Shown in pieces: positions 27,064 through 41,048 of a stretch of DNA of 64,000 bases. Location of the stretch: NCBI RefSeq assembly GCF_001194135.2, contig NC_068996.1:9367436-9431435 (forward strand), given 5' to 3'. Source of the DNA: Octopus bimaculoides (taxonomy: Eukaryota). Position numbers and translations under genes: made by a program. Below the pieces are notes generated by a model that made no database searches, was not told the DNA's origin, and worked only from the letters and a program-made list of their open reading frames with translations. Each line of letters begins with the position of its first letter. Position 1 is the stretch's first letter.

Positions 27064-28952
27064 TTTAATGCCCGGCTGGAAAGAAGTGGTGATAGGGAGT
27101 GCACTTGGAATATTATTCTTCGAATAGGGACCAGAACTGCCTTTTTGGTTTGCCATTCATATCATGGCTACTATTTTCATGATCCACATAATAGGAAACA
27201 ATGTCAAAAGCCAACTGGTGCCAATCCATTTCATACTCAAATTCGTACTTGCTCAATTTTTCAAATGCTTTCAGAACTGTGCTTTTGCCAAGTGGTGGTA
27301 TTTGGTGATAAAAATCATCATCATCATTATTGGATTTTTTTGTAAATTTTTCATTCCTTTTAATATTCCCTCATCTAGTTCTCTGCACTTGTGGCAAATA
27401 ATTAAATTATTGTTGCTGACAAAGTGGAGGCATAACTTTATTATGTGTATGATAATTATACAAACATATATTCATAAATACACGCACATACGCACACATA
27501 CACACACTCTCATGTTGTGTCAATGGATGCAGTCATAAAAAAAACATCACCAACATCTACTTCCTACAGAAGATAAGACCGAGATGAACTAGAAACATTC
27601 AATGGTGTTAGGGATGTCAGTGTTCCAAACTAAGCAGAAATGAAAAATCATTGATTAAGAAAAATTAGAGAAACACAATCATGTTTTCAACATGTTTGGA
27701 TGAAAAATTGTTCCCTATAGATGTATGTCATCATCATTATCATTGTCATCATCATTTTAACATCCACTTTTTTCATGCTCACGATCAGAGAGAATTTGTT
27801 GAAACAGATTTATCTACAACCAGATGCCCTTCCTGTTGCCAACAGTCAACCTTTTTTCAAGCAAGGTAATATTTCTTTCACCATGACCAGAAATGTTTTT
27901 CATGGAAGATTGGAAATGAAGGACACCACTTGTATGAAGGTGACACTCCTTTACAACCATCATGCCAAGTCAAAGCAACAAGACAGTAACACACACATAC
28001 ATACACACATATACATGTACAATGATCATCTTTCAGTTTCTCTCTACCAAATCCTCTCACAAGGCTTTGGTCAGCTCATGTCTATAGTAGAAGGCATTTT
28101 CCCAAGTTGCCATGCAGTGGGACTGAGCCCAAAACCATGTGGTTGAGAGGCAAACTTCACACCACACAGCGATGCCCACTCTACATATCTATCTATCTAT
28201 CTATCTATTGGTCAGTCTGTCTCACTGTCTCTTTATGTCTGTCTAAGTCTATCATTTTATCTGTCTATTCAATACTTATCACCAATGCTAGCATGGAAGG
28301 TGGACGTTAAACGATGATGATGATGATGATGATATAGCCAGGAGTGACTGTGTGTTAAGAAGCTTGCTTCCCAACCATGTGGTTCTGGGTCCAGTCCCAC
28401 TGCATGGCACCTTGGACAGGTGTCTTTTTCTGTAACTTTGGACTAACCAAAGCCTTTTGAGTAGATTTTGTAGACAGAAGTTGAAAAACGCCTATTGTAT
28501 ATGTGTGTGTGTGTGTGTTTTCCCCCCTCCCCCATCACACTTGACAACTAGTGTTGGTGTGTTTACATCCCTGTAACTTAGTGGTTTGGCAAAAGAGACC
28601 AATAGAGTAAGTACCGAGCTTAAAAAAATAAGCACTGGGATCAATTCATTCGACTAAAAATTCAAGGTGGTGCCCCAGCCTGGCCGCAGTTTAATGACTG
28701 AAACAGATAAAAGATAAAAGACGTGTGTGTGTGTATGTGTTTCCATTAATAAATGTATAAAATGATGGTGTGCATTGATTGTACGTGTGTGTTCCTAAAT
28801 CTCTAGGTATGATGGCTGTGTACCAATACATGTCACTGCCTTGTATGCATAATGTCTGTGTGTTCAATCGTGTTCTTATGTCCACATGACAAATCTTTGT
28901 TGAGATCTTATATTGTCTTAAGTAGCCATTCTCTCCAGAATTGAATTTTCCC

Positions 28953-28983
<31 letters not shown>

Positions 28984-29921
28984 CTCTCATATTTAAACTT
29001 ATCATTTACTATACACAATTTGTCAATTTTTTTTTTTTTTTTCTTATTAGTTAATTAATTCTCTTTAGTTGCTGCTGTTATTATTATTATTATTGTTGTT
29101 CTTGTTGATATTGTCATCATAGTGCTGGTGCTATTGTTGAATTAGATAACTGTGATTAACAGTCATCCACAACAAGATTTCTTCCTGAAGAATACGGAGA
29201 AGAATGGAGAATTCTTTATAATTTGTTTTACACTCAAGATGTGTGTTTTTTAAGTAGTTATTTAATTTCTCTCTCCTATTAACTAGAGTTAAGTCTTGTC
29301 ATTTTCCATAGGATCATTCTCCACACTTCTTCCTCTCTCTCTCCATAGATTCTATAACTGACTGGTTTTTTAATTGAATATAGATAGACAGACAGACAGA
29401 CTGACATATATTTAATTATTGTTAGCTGTTACACTGATTTTAAGTAACAGGTTTGTTTTTTTTACTTCAGATATTTTCATACAACCACAGTGTCACTTTA
29501 AATGTAATCACTCAAAAATACCTTGGATCATAGGGTGACATGCCATGCTTGAGGAGACCTATTGAGTCAAGTACATCAAAAGCAAATAACATTCAAATGG
29601 AACATAAAAAACACCACCCAAACATGGCTGATGCCAGCACCGCCTAGACTGGCTTCTGTGCCGGTGGCACGTAAGAAGCACCATCCGATCATGGTCAATG
29701 CCAGCACCCTCTGGCACCTGTGCTGGTGGCACATAAAAAATCACCTACTACACTCTTGGAGTGGTTGGCATTAGGAAGGGCATCCCACTGTAGAAACACT
29801 GCCAGATCAGATTGGAGCCTGGTGCAGCCATCTGGTTCGCAAGTCCTCAGTCAAATCATCCAACCCATGCTAGCATGGAAAATGGACGTTAAACAATGAT
29901 GATGATGATATATATACGCAT

Positions 29922-29970
<49 letters not shown>

Positions 29971-30896
29971 TATAAACATGCGTTGGTGGTTTCTTAGCAA
30001 AACTTGTAGATGTCTGTCTCATTTTTTTCTTTATGCATTTTTTTTCTACATTGGAATCAACTTTTATTGTTTAAGTTAAAAATATTCCTTTATCACATTA
30101 ATTATCTGTCATTTTCTTATTTTTACTTTATCGTCCACCATACTAAAGAAAATGGTGTTTTACTCCCAAATTTTTCTAACTTTTGTTATACTTTTGTCTT
30201 GATAGTATTCTATAATCTAATTTCCACAATATTCTATTATAAAAAAAAATACGTGTTTGTTATTCCAAGACCAGTATGTTGGTTACATGTTGTACAGTTG
30301 TACAGTTACACTCACAAAAGTGATGTGGTTTCCCCTCAAAAATGTTGTCATTAGGATGGAGCACAATCCCCTGAATCCTTCTTGTTAAAGACACCAACCC
30401 CTTCAATATATTTTCTATATTTGTAACTGAAATCTCAGAATGGTATCTCTATCACTATAAAAGTAATAGCTCCCAACTTTTATTTTTGTGGTTTCTAAGA
30501 TATGTTAAGTCTACACCTGGGATTCACAAACCATTTTTTGCCTATGGATCCCTTTGGTTCTTCTTTTACTCAGTTGGACCCTTATAACTATTCAATGTTT
30601 TAAAAATCTTATTATATTTTTTAGAATTAAATATTATTAGGAGCTGTATAAAAAATTTTTTAAAATTCTTTAGATATTTTGTGTATAGCAGAAGTTTAAA
30701 CAATTTATTACTCTTTTACTCTTTTACTTGTTTCAGTCATATGACTGCGGCCATGCTGGAGCACCGCCTTTAGTCGAGTAAATCGACCCCCAGGACTTAT
30801 TCTTTGGAAGCCTAGTACTTATTCTATCAGTCTCTTTTGCCGAACCGCTAAGTTACGGGGACGTAAACACACCAGCATCGGTTGTCNNNNNNNNNN

Positions 30897-30931
<35 letters not shown>

Positions 30932-33625
30932 CTTCTTTCAGTTTCTCTCTATCAAATCCACTCACAAGGCTTTGGTTGGCCCGAGGCTATAGTAGAAGAC
31001 ACTTGCCCAAGGTGCCACGCATTTGGGACTGAACCCGGAACCATGTGGTTGGTAAGCAAGCTACTTAACAAACAGGACCCCCGAGGGCCATATAGACCCC
31101 TGTTGAGAACCACGGGTCTAGCTTTGTATTCTTAGTTTATACAGTGTTAACAGTAATTTTAAGAAGTTGTTTTGTGGCTAACCCTTTTAATTTGAACCAT
31201 CCAAAATACAGTCACTGGTTCTGTGATACAAACTTCCTCTTTTACACACAGATATCTAAGCTAAAACCTTCCACTGGAATTTTGTATTGATTTATGTTCC
31301 AAACAGTAATAAAGGTTAATAAAGACAATGTTATTTTACTGAATTCTTCATTATTTTTGGCTTTCATTGAAACGAAGGCAATGTATTTCAACAGAAATAT
31401 GTTAACAAAGGGTTAGGACAGTGCTAATGTTTGTGTCTATAAGTAGATTCTTAAGAGAGAGAGAGATAGAGAAGTTGGTAGACAAATAGGCAAGTTAACT
31501 CTAATTGAAATTATTCCAGTCATTTGGAAATAATAATAATAAAAAAAGAACTTTCTGGAACACACAACCAGTTAGTTTGACATCAATTTAGAAGTGAATT
31601 TTAGAATTATTATTTCATGTCTATAGCAAATCATTTCTTCTCTTCCTCAAATCGTTCAAACAACAGATGTTTGGAAGTCTAGGATTGTTGTTTGTGATTT
31701 TGAATAGATTGAAAATAGTGTTTGCACAATTTTCGGAGAAATTCTGACAGGAGTCGTGATGAGCATGATTATTCCATAGACTTCCATTTTTAGATTCAGA
31801 ATAAAAGAAAGAGTAGGGTAAGAAACTAACCAGCTCAGAAGAAATTATTTCATATCCACTGCAGGTATACATCATCATCATTGTAATTAATGTCACTTTT
31901 CTATGCTGGCATGGGTTGGACAGAATTTGTTGAGGCAGATTTCCTACAGTCAGATACCCTTCCTGTCACTAACTCTCACCTGTTTCCAAGCAGAGTAGTA
32001 AATTATACAAAGAAACACCTTAATGACCAGCTCTATATAACAACATCTGTTAGTCTGGTTAATAAAATGATACAGTGAGATATATATGTTAGTGTGTGTG
32101 TGTGTGTTTATATAATATATATTTATATTCATAAGCAAGAATATTGACAGTGACTTCAAGATCATTGTCAATTCTTGTTAAAGAATTATAAATTTGAATG
32201 CTACAAAAGTATAAGGTAAACCTTGAGCTTAATGTAAAATTGTTTTTATTATTATTGATCATTAAAAACAAACATTAATAAAAACATAGATGTGCATCTT
32301 GGTTAAATGCCTTCTACTATAGTGCTAGGTGAGCCAATGCCATTTGAGTGAATTTGGTGCACAGAAACTGAGTGGAAGCCTATTGTGTATGTGTTTGTGT
32401 TTGTCTCCACCACTACAAGCACTTGACAACTTGACAACCAGTGTTGGTTTGTTTATATTTCCATGGCATTAATGGTTCTGCAAAAGAAGGATGCAGAATA
32501 AGAACCAGACATGAATGAATAGTACTGAGTCAATTTGTTCAGATAAACCCTTTAAGATAAACTCCTACATGGCTGCCGTCCAATAACTGAAGCAAGTAAA
32601 AGATAGACAGACAGACAAGATAATGCATGACAAAATAGATCTTTTATCCTGTTTAAGTCATTAGACTGTGGCAATGCTGGGGTGCTGCCTCGAAGAATAT
32701 TTTTCTGTCAAATCAACCTCAGGATTTTTTTTTTTTTCTAAACTTGGTGCTTATTCTATCGATTTCTTTTTGATGAACTACTAAGTTAAAAGAGACAAGC
32801 AGTGGTGGGTGACAAACACGCACACAAACAAATATATATGTATTTGGACTTCTTTCAGTTTCTGTCTACCAAATCCATTCACAAGATTTTAGTCAACCCA
32901 AGGTGATAGAAGACACTTGCCCAAAGTACCACACAGTGGGACTGAACCCAGAACCCCGTGGTTGGGAAACAAACTTCTTAACATACAGCCACGCCTACAT
33001 ATGGAGTACGCATTTTTTTTTTTCTTTTCCTTTTAGTTTATTTTAGATTTCACTATGACTACCTTTCGATATATCTCTCTATATATAATAGTAGTAAAAT
33101 TTTGTTTGTTGGTTACCGTTGGTTGGTTTGAGAATTAAACTATACATTGTCGCAATAAAATGTTTTGAAACATGTACTCTTAGTCATAAGCCAACATTCA
33201 TGACAAAATGTTGAGGGAATCTGACTCCTGGAGGCCTCAAAAGAGAAGAATTCTGACGCAGAAAAAAAAAGTTGTTGCTGTCTCTGAAAGAGAAAGAAAA
33301 CAAAGAGAATGAACTTGGAATACACACATGCGCACACACATACTCACTCACGCACATACTATGCTTTTTGACACTGAGCCATTCATATCAAAGACACAGA
33401 CATACACACACACAGAGACATACACACACACACAGACATACACACACACACAATGGTATTTTCTTTTAAGTAGTCTTCTGTAATTAAAAGAAAATATTAG
33501 TGTTTTGTGTATGTGTGTGTGTGTGTGTGTATCTTATGTAATTTCATGATTTATGAATGACATTTGTTTTAGATGAGTCTCATCTTTCCTCTGTCTCTCT
33601 GTCTCTTTCTCTCTCTCTCTTTATC

Positions 33626-33690
<65 letters not shown>

Positions 33691-33737
33691 CTTTGTTTAC
33701 TGTATATAGTGTATTTATATATGTCTAATATATGTAC

Positions 33738-33789
<52 letters not shown>

Positions 33790-33919
33790 GTGGGTGTGGA
33801 TGTGTTTGTCACTTGTTTCTGAATGTCTGTGTCTGATTATATTTTAGAGGTTTGTGTGCCGTGGATAAAGTATTCTATGAAATTGTTTAATAAAGTAATA
33901 TGTGCATGATTGTAATAAA

Positions 33920-34380
33920 CAGATTCTACTTCTATCTATCTATCTATCTATCCATCTATCTATCTGTCTGTCTATCTATCTATCTACCTGTCTGTCTGTT
34001 TGTCTATCTGTCTGTCTATCTATCCATCTACCTGTCTGTCTGTTTGTCTATCTGTCTGTTTGTTTATCTATCTGTCTATTTGTCTGTCTATCAATCTATC
34101 ATTTTGCCCATTTAACTGCCTATCTTCCTACTTATATGTCTCCGTCAATCTATCAGTCTATCTATCTACTGTCTATGTCTGTCTGTCTACCTGTCTATTT
34201 ATCTATCAGTCTTTTGTCTATCTATCTATATCAGTCTATCTGCCTATGTAACTGTGTCTATCTTGTCTACCTACATAATCTATATATCTAGTTACTACCC
34301 TATCTACCTATCTCTCTCTCTCTCTCTGTATATATGTGTGTGTGTGTGTGTGTCTGTCTGTCTGTCTGTCTGTCTGTGTA
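33920..34380. repeat. Compound (TCTA)/(TCTG) tetranucleotide microsatellite
   Basis: Directly visible; explains the YLSIYLSV ORFs. Confidence 0.9.
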
Positions 34381-34733
34381 CTTTTTTACACTCTTGTCTG
34401 TCATGTTTCCGGTTGGTTGGATCATTCTTAGAAGGAATGTAAGCTGGTTCACACCAGAGCAAGCATGATTGATGGTAATTATGACTGAGTTGGCTAGAGA
34501 GAGGGGGAGTCAAAGGTTAAACACGTAATTTGGCACCTATAAGTAAACTATACCATAATCATGCCACCAGCTGACGATATGATAACCATGGTGAGGCGGG
34601 ATAGGGGTTGGTGCAGAGGGGGCAGTGCTGACTGGCACTGATTTTGGTGACACTGGGGCATGTGAAATCTTCCCAAGAACTCAGAGATCTGTCTCTCTCT
34701 CTCTCTCTGTTCTTTCCCTTTCTCGTCTCTTTC

Positions 34734-34797
<64 letters not shown>

Positions 34798-36334
34798 CAT
34801 AAGCAATTGTATTTCACTTAGCAAATGTGTGTGTATATGCATTTATATAAAGCATATGAATATGTGTATACTTATAGATATAATGCAGACTTGTATGCAT
34901 GGATATGTACTTCTATACACACTCGCGTGTGCGCACATGTTTATGTATATATATATAGTGTGTGTGTATAGTCGTGTATCTCTGCGTGTATGTGTATAGT
35001 CGTGTATCTCTGTGTGTGTATGTATATATGTAAGATTTGAGGGTCGAGGTGTAGGAAGAAAGTAAGCTTCAAGCAATCCATAACAGTGGTTTATTGCGTC
35101 CAAAGGTTATGAATGTTTTTCCCTATTGGAGTACGGTAAGCTGGGAAGAATTCTTATTGAATCCTCTGTATGTTAACATGGGGGCTCCTAACAACAGTGT
35201 AAACTTCATTTAATCAAGATAATGTTGGTCTGAAGAGTAGGCTGTAGTACACCCCTCCACTTGGATATTTACCACTTCCGAGGTTCCATTCGCTATGAAA
35301 CATATGTAGCCCAGATTTTATCTACTCTGTTCCTTAACTGTTGTGTGTATACACACACACACACACAGAGTTACAGTGCGATACCTTTTGTTCCAGAGGA
35401 AAGATAGTGCCAAATACCTGTAACATTGACTGAAAAGATGGCTTGTAGAAGATATCCTGAAACCAGAAACCTGTCTCAGACGCTTGCAACAGAGTGAACT
35501 CCACGAAAGGCACCCAAATTGCCATTTGGAGATGTTAAACCAGGCATATGGTTAAGTCTCCTTGATTGTGGAGATCCACCATCTGATCAAGTGCTCCTGT
35601 TCCACAAGACTGGGTTGATGCTATTATTTATAATTTCAGTGTTTAAAAGAAAGGGATCCAAATGAGAATGTGTGGAAATTTTTTAGGAATAAGCCTGCTT
35701 GAAGAAACTGGTAACGTTTTTGCAAAACGTTTACTTAATCAGTTTACAAAGTGGATATGCCCCTTGGTTATCCCAGAAAGTCTAATGAAATTTGAGATCA
35801 AGTCATGGTACAGTGGACATATATATTTTCAGCTTGTCAGCTCCAAGGAAAAGGCATCAAGCACCTCATATCTCTTTATCAAGCTTTTATTGATTTAATA
35901 AAAAGCCTTTGTTATTGCTAATAGGACCATTCTCTGAACCGTTCTTGGTAAACTTGGTTGTCTGCGTTGCTGAAGCAATTTTTTTGTGACACAAAAGCTC
36001 ATTTTTAAATCAACAGCTCACTCTTGGAACCAATATGTATGTAAAAACTTCCCAGAACACACTGTAAAGTGGTTGGCATAGAAGTCATACAAAAACAGAC
36101 AGTAGAGAGTTTAGTGCAGTCCTCAGATTTGCCAGCTCCTGTCAAACTGTCCAACCCATGCCAGCATGGAAAATGGTCATTAAATGGTAATGATGATACA
36201 TGTATTAGTGTGTGTGTGAATAAATCCATCCATCCATCCATCCATAAAATATAGGGTAGTGAATATCTTTAGAAATTTCAATACCAGTGGCCTAGCATGT
36301 ATAAAAAGTCAATAGACAACATATTTTCCATATG

Positions 36335-36671
36335 AAATTAGTATTCATTTAAACACAATAGAGGTGACCCTTAACGAGCAGCCTTACATGATAGAAGTAG
36401 CAGTCAAAATGACCAAAACCACATTTAAGAGTAGTTTCAAAGGGAATGAAAAATACTGACGAGAACTTCACCTAGCAAATTATTTTATTTGCTAACTAGA
36501 GTTCGAAACCTAGGAATGGCTATAAAAAAAACAAGGTAAAAGTTTTTTTTTATTTTTCATTCCTTTCGAAATTGCTCTTAAATGTGGTGTTGGTCGTTTT
36601 GACTGCTACTTCTAGCATGTAAGACTGCCTGTTAAGGGTCGCCTCTATTATGTTTAAATGTACACTAATTT
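36335..36671 (+). mobile_element. Fold-back element with 121-bp inverted arms and a central hammerhead core
   Basis: Arms 36335-36455 and 36551-36671 (14 mismatches in 121 nt). The spacer begins CTGACGA-GAACT...AGTTC-GAAA. Abuts a (TA)n tract. Confidence 0.7.
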
Positions 36672-36698
36672 TATATATAAATATATATATATATATAC

Positions 36699-36751
<53 letters not shown>

Positions 36752-37350
36752 CATATATACATACATACACACACACACATACACATTCTCACATCAATTT
36801 AATAACAATATTTGACATTAAAGTTTTTTAAGTGCACTGAGTGCAACGTAGTGAATTCAAGTATTGCCTAAGCCATTGTGAAGGAGGAACTCTAACCTGA
36901 CTGCATTCATTATTGTTTCTTTATAGTTGTTTCTTCCTCATTTCACTTCATATTTTTTAACTGGTTTGCATAATTCATTCTGTAAATGTGTACAATGAAT
37001 TATTGTTTGAGAAAACGCACACATCTGCATATACACTTGCATATGCACACATGCATACATACATATATATATATATTTACACAGACACACATATATACAT
37101 GCATATATAATAAAGAGAGGGAGAGAGAGAGAGACATACATACATTCATGTATACACACTCCTACTCAAACATTGTTTGTAATTCAGACTACAAAACTTG
37201 TATGTTTTATTGGGAGTACAGTATAAGTTTACTGAAACTGTTAGTGTATGTATATGTGTGTTTGCATACATTGTGTGTTTGTGTATATGCAGATGTTTTC
37301 TTCTGTGTGTCAGATTTTACTTTCACGTCACTTAAAATCTGATGTGTCTT

Positions 37351-37395
<45 letters not shown>

Positions 37396-37641
37396 ATATT
37401 CCATAACTTAGTGGTTTGACAAATGAAGATTGATAAAATGAGTAACAGATAATGGAGTTGATGTGATTGACAAAACCCTGCAAGACTGCCCCAGCATGGC
37501 CGTACTCTAATGATCAAAACCAGTAAAACAATTCAAGAATTTTATACAGATTTTTATGCACTAATTAACCGCTTTAATGGGGTTCTTTTTCTCTTTCTCT
37601 CTTTCTCTCTCCCTCTCTTTCTCTCTCCCTCTCTCTCTCTA

Positions 37642-37680
<39 letters not shown>

Positions 37681-38277
37681 GATGTGAGGGAATTTTAATT
37701 GTAGAAGCTAAAAACAAAAGGCAAAAAAAACCTGTCAGTCAAAATAATACTCTTAAAGTGTTTTTGGCCATTTCGATTGTTGAAGTGCTCCAGTTATGAA
37801 ATGAGCCATGGTATATATATATATATATATATGTATATGTATATTAATGTGAGTTTAGAGGAATATATTATCTGGGTAGATACTGTGGTAGCTCTCAGTT
37901 ATGTTCCTGGTTACGGCTAACTGCATTGATTAGTATTTAATGTCTATGACTACTAGAATTTGTCACTTTGAGCCATGTTTGCTTGAGCCAAGCTGGTTAA
38001 AATTCACTGAATGAAGCTGCACAGAAGATTATTCCCAGTTCCATATGCTACTGCTCTTACTCTATACAGAAAAATCAATGAGTTGTGTCAAATGAATTTC
38101 ACTTGCTTCCAGGGTTTATTTATAATGAACTTAACAAAACCTGTTTACAATGAGCCTCACCTCACACATCTGTCTGTCTGTCTCTCTCTCTCTCTAGAGG
38201 GAGAGAGAAAGAGTTAGAGAGAGAGAGAGAGAGATTATCTGTGTAGCAAGATATCTATGTTTCTAACTTTATATATT

Positions 38278-38343
<66 letters not shown>

Positions 38344-38410
38344 GGAGTAAGCACATGAAATGTGCAACAAGGTGGTAAAAAGAGTACTCAAATATCAAAG
38401 GTAGAGTAAT

Positions 38411-38480
38411 ATGCTTTATTTAAAAGCAGCAGAAATACAACAGTCTTTTGTTATATTTCTGCTGCTTTTAAATAAAGTAT
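38411..38480. repeat. 70-nt near-perfect hairpin (24-bp perfect stem 38414-38437 / 38454-38477)
   Basis: ctttatttaaaagcagcagaaata ... tatttctgctgcttttaaataaag. Confidence 0.85.
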
Positions 38481-38617
38481 ATATATATACATATAAAGCA
38501 GTTTGCTTCCCAAGTCCCACCGTGTGGCACGTTGGGCAAGTATCTTCTACTATAACCTCAGGACAACTAAAGCTTTGTGAGTGGACCTGGTAGATGGAAA
38601 CTGAAAGAAGCCCATTT

Positions 38618-38654
<37 letters not shown>

Positions 38655-39268
38655 ACATGTTTTACAAAAGATGAAAAAAATATAAATTTGTTTCATGTGC
38701 CAGTGACACCTACGAGTCACCTGTGCCGGTGACTTACAAAAAGCAACCACTATCTTCTTGTAGTGGTTGGTGTTAGAAAGGGCATACATCCATAGAAACC
38801 AAGCCAAAATCAGACTGGAGCCTGGTAGAGTTCTCCAGCTTATCAGTTCCAGTCAAACCGTTTTAACTCACACCAGTTTGGAAAATGGACATTAACAGAT
38901 GGTGGTGGCGGCAGCAGCTGTAGTGGTGCAGCGGCAGCACTAATACACTCTATATCGCATCTATAATACAGCCACATTAGATACGTGGTGATTTTTTTGC
39001 TGTTACATTTAAGAATACAAAAAGCATGTCTTGTACACTGGCAGATAAGATATTTTATATTGCTTCTTTTTTTTACATGTATTTTAATTTTTTTTGTTTT
39101 TGACATGTATTACTCTTTTACTCTTTTACTTGTTTCAGTCATTTGACTGCGGCNNNNNNNNNNTTTTTTTTTTTTTTTTTGTATACTTTATTGTTTATTT
39201 TATTTTATTTGTTCTTATACCGAGGATAAGTTAGATATTCATATGTAGAATTTCCTTTCTTCTTTTAG

Positions 39269-39359
39269 ATCCTGATGATTATTCAAATGCCCCTTTAGGG
39301 AGTATCAGCAAAACTAGTCCAGCATTGTTACCTCTGCAGAGGATTAAAGAAGCTTCAGA
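39269..39359 (+). CDS. Next exon of the KLF-like gene: (D)PDDYSNAPLGSISKTSPALLPLQRIKEAS(E/D)
   Basis: Strong acceptor tttcctttcttcttttag| and donor caga|gtaagt. 91 nt, open in phase 1 as required by the previous exon, ends in phase 2. Confidence 0.75.
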
Positions 39360-40955
39360 GTAAGTATTTCAAAACATTGATTTTTCTTTTCTTTTCTTTC
39401 CCTCTCCCCCTTTTTCTTTATACTCAATTTTTTTTTTCTTTTTTTTTTTTGTTAAACTTCTATTTTCAGTATTGGTCTGTAATTCTAATAAACCTTTACT
39501 TACTGATTGGCAGAAGAACAAAAAACAAAATTAACTCCAACCCAACCTGCTAATCCTCTCTCATTCTCACCATCTTGTGTCTTAAGAGTTTGATCCGTTT
39601 TTCTATAATCACCTTCTTCATCTTCTTTGTCTTCCCAGTTATTTCTCCTCATCCTTATATAATGTGGGATAACCATATATCTTTTCCTATTTTTAATCAT
39701 CGTCTTCATCATCATTATTATCTTCATTATCATCAGTCTTATCATCATCATCATCATCATCCCCATTATCATCATCATCAAAGTGGTGAGTTGGCAGAAT
39801 CACTTCTGCACCAAACGAAATTCTTCACATCATTCCTTCCAGTTCTTTACGTTTTGAGTTGAAATTGCTGCCAAGGTCAACTTCACCCTTTTATCTTTTC
39901 AGAGTCAATAAAATAAAGTACCTGTTATTTATTGGGTTCAGTTTAATTGACTCGTGACTCCCATGAAAAATCCTGGTCTTGTAAAGAATTATCATCATCA
40001 TAATCATAATCATCATTATCATCTGATATAGAAATTGGAAAAATTTGGGAGTGGGGGAAATTTCTTCTTTGGTTCATCCTTAACCTTTGATATTTCATTT
40101 TGCAAGGGACAAAAACTTGCCTACCTGGAACAGAGAAAAAAAAGGAACTGTCTTATCTATGTGTCCTTTTTGATTTTTTTTCATGATGTTCTCTCGGTAT
40201 ATTATGTCTGTTTATATACTATGTGTATAATTCAAGTGCTCTAGGTGCACTGTGCATAGCATAGCTGTACTATGGGGTTTATTACATGTTCACATGATGC
40301 TTACTATGCATTTTATAATGTTCTGTAGATAGATTGGTGAACAAAACTGCTTTCTCCAGTTTGAGGGTAAAGTAATTTTAAGAGGATACATCTGATTTCC
40401 ACAGTAAAAGAATTAATGAGAGAAAGATCTATCAGTTCCATTTCACATCTAAGAAGGTTTATGATATATTAATGATACTACTTTTAATATTAATGATAGA
40501 GTTACCAACACCCTGTACATCATCACATGCTACAAATGCACCCGTACTCTACCATCACATCCAACCAATCCTTCTTTATTGCTGTGTCTTCTCCAATCAT
40601 CTGATTGGATAACTCTTTCACTGCAACATTATGCTTTAAATGATGTTGAATATCTACCAAAAAAATAGAATTGATATTTTCCGCAAGTCTGATTCCTACA
40701 ATGAACTTAATATACCTCAACTAAAAAAAAAGAAAAAAAAATAGTTTCAAATTTGACATTTTGTAACAAAAGATAGCTTGGTATATAAAACTATTTTCTG
40801 GAGTTAAGGGTAATGAAATTTTGAATGAATATATTTGATTTCCTACAATAAAAAGGGTTAATGGCTTAGAAAGTCAGTTGATTGAATAACTAAATGTTCT
40901 TCAATAGAACTGATGGTGGATCCATTTTGCATTTTATAGGTATACCATGCATATG

Positions 40956-41006
<51 letters not shown>

Positions 41007-41048
41007 GAGAGATAGATTGATAGATAGATAGATAGATAGATAGATAGT

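Noticed and set aside
35100-35620. Non-repetitive, coding-looking stretch
   Set aside because: It has stops in all frames and only a vague LINE-like resemblance.
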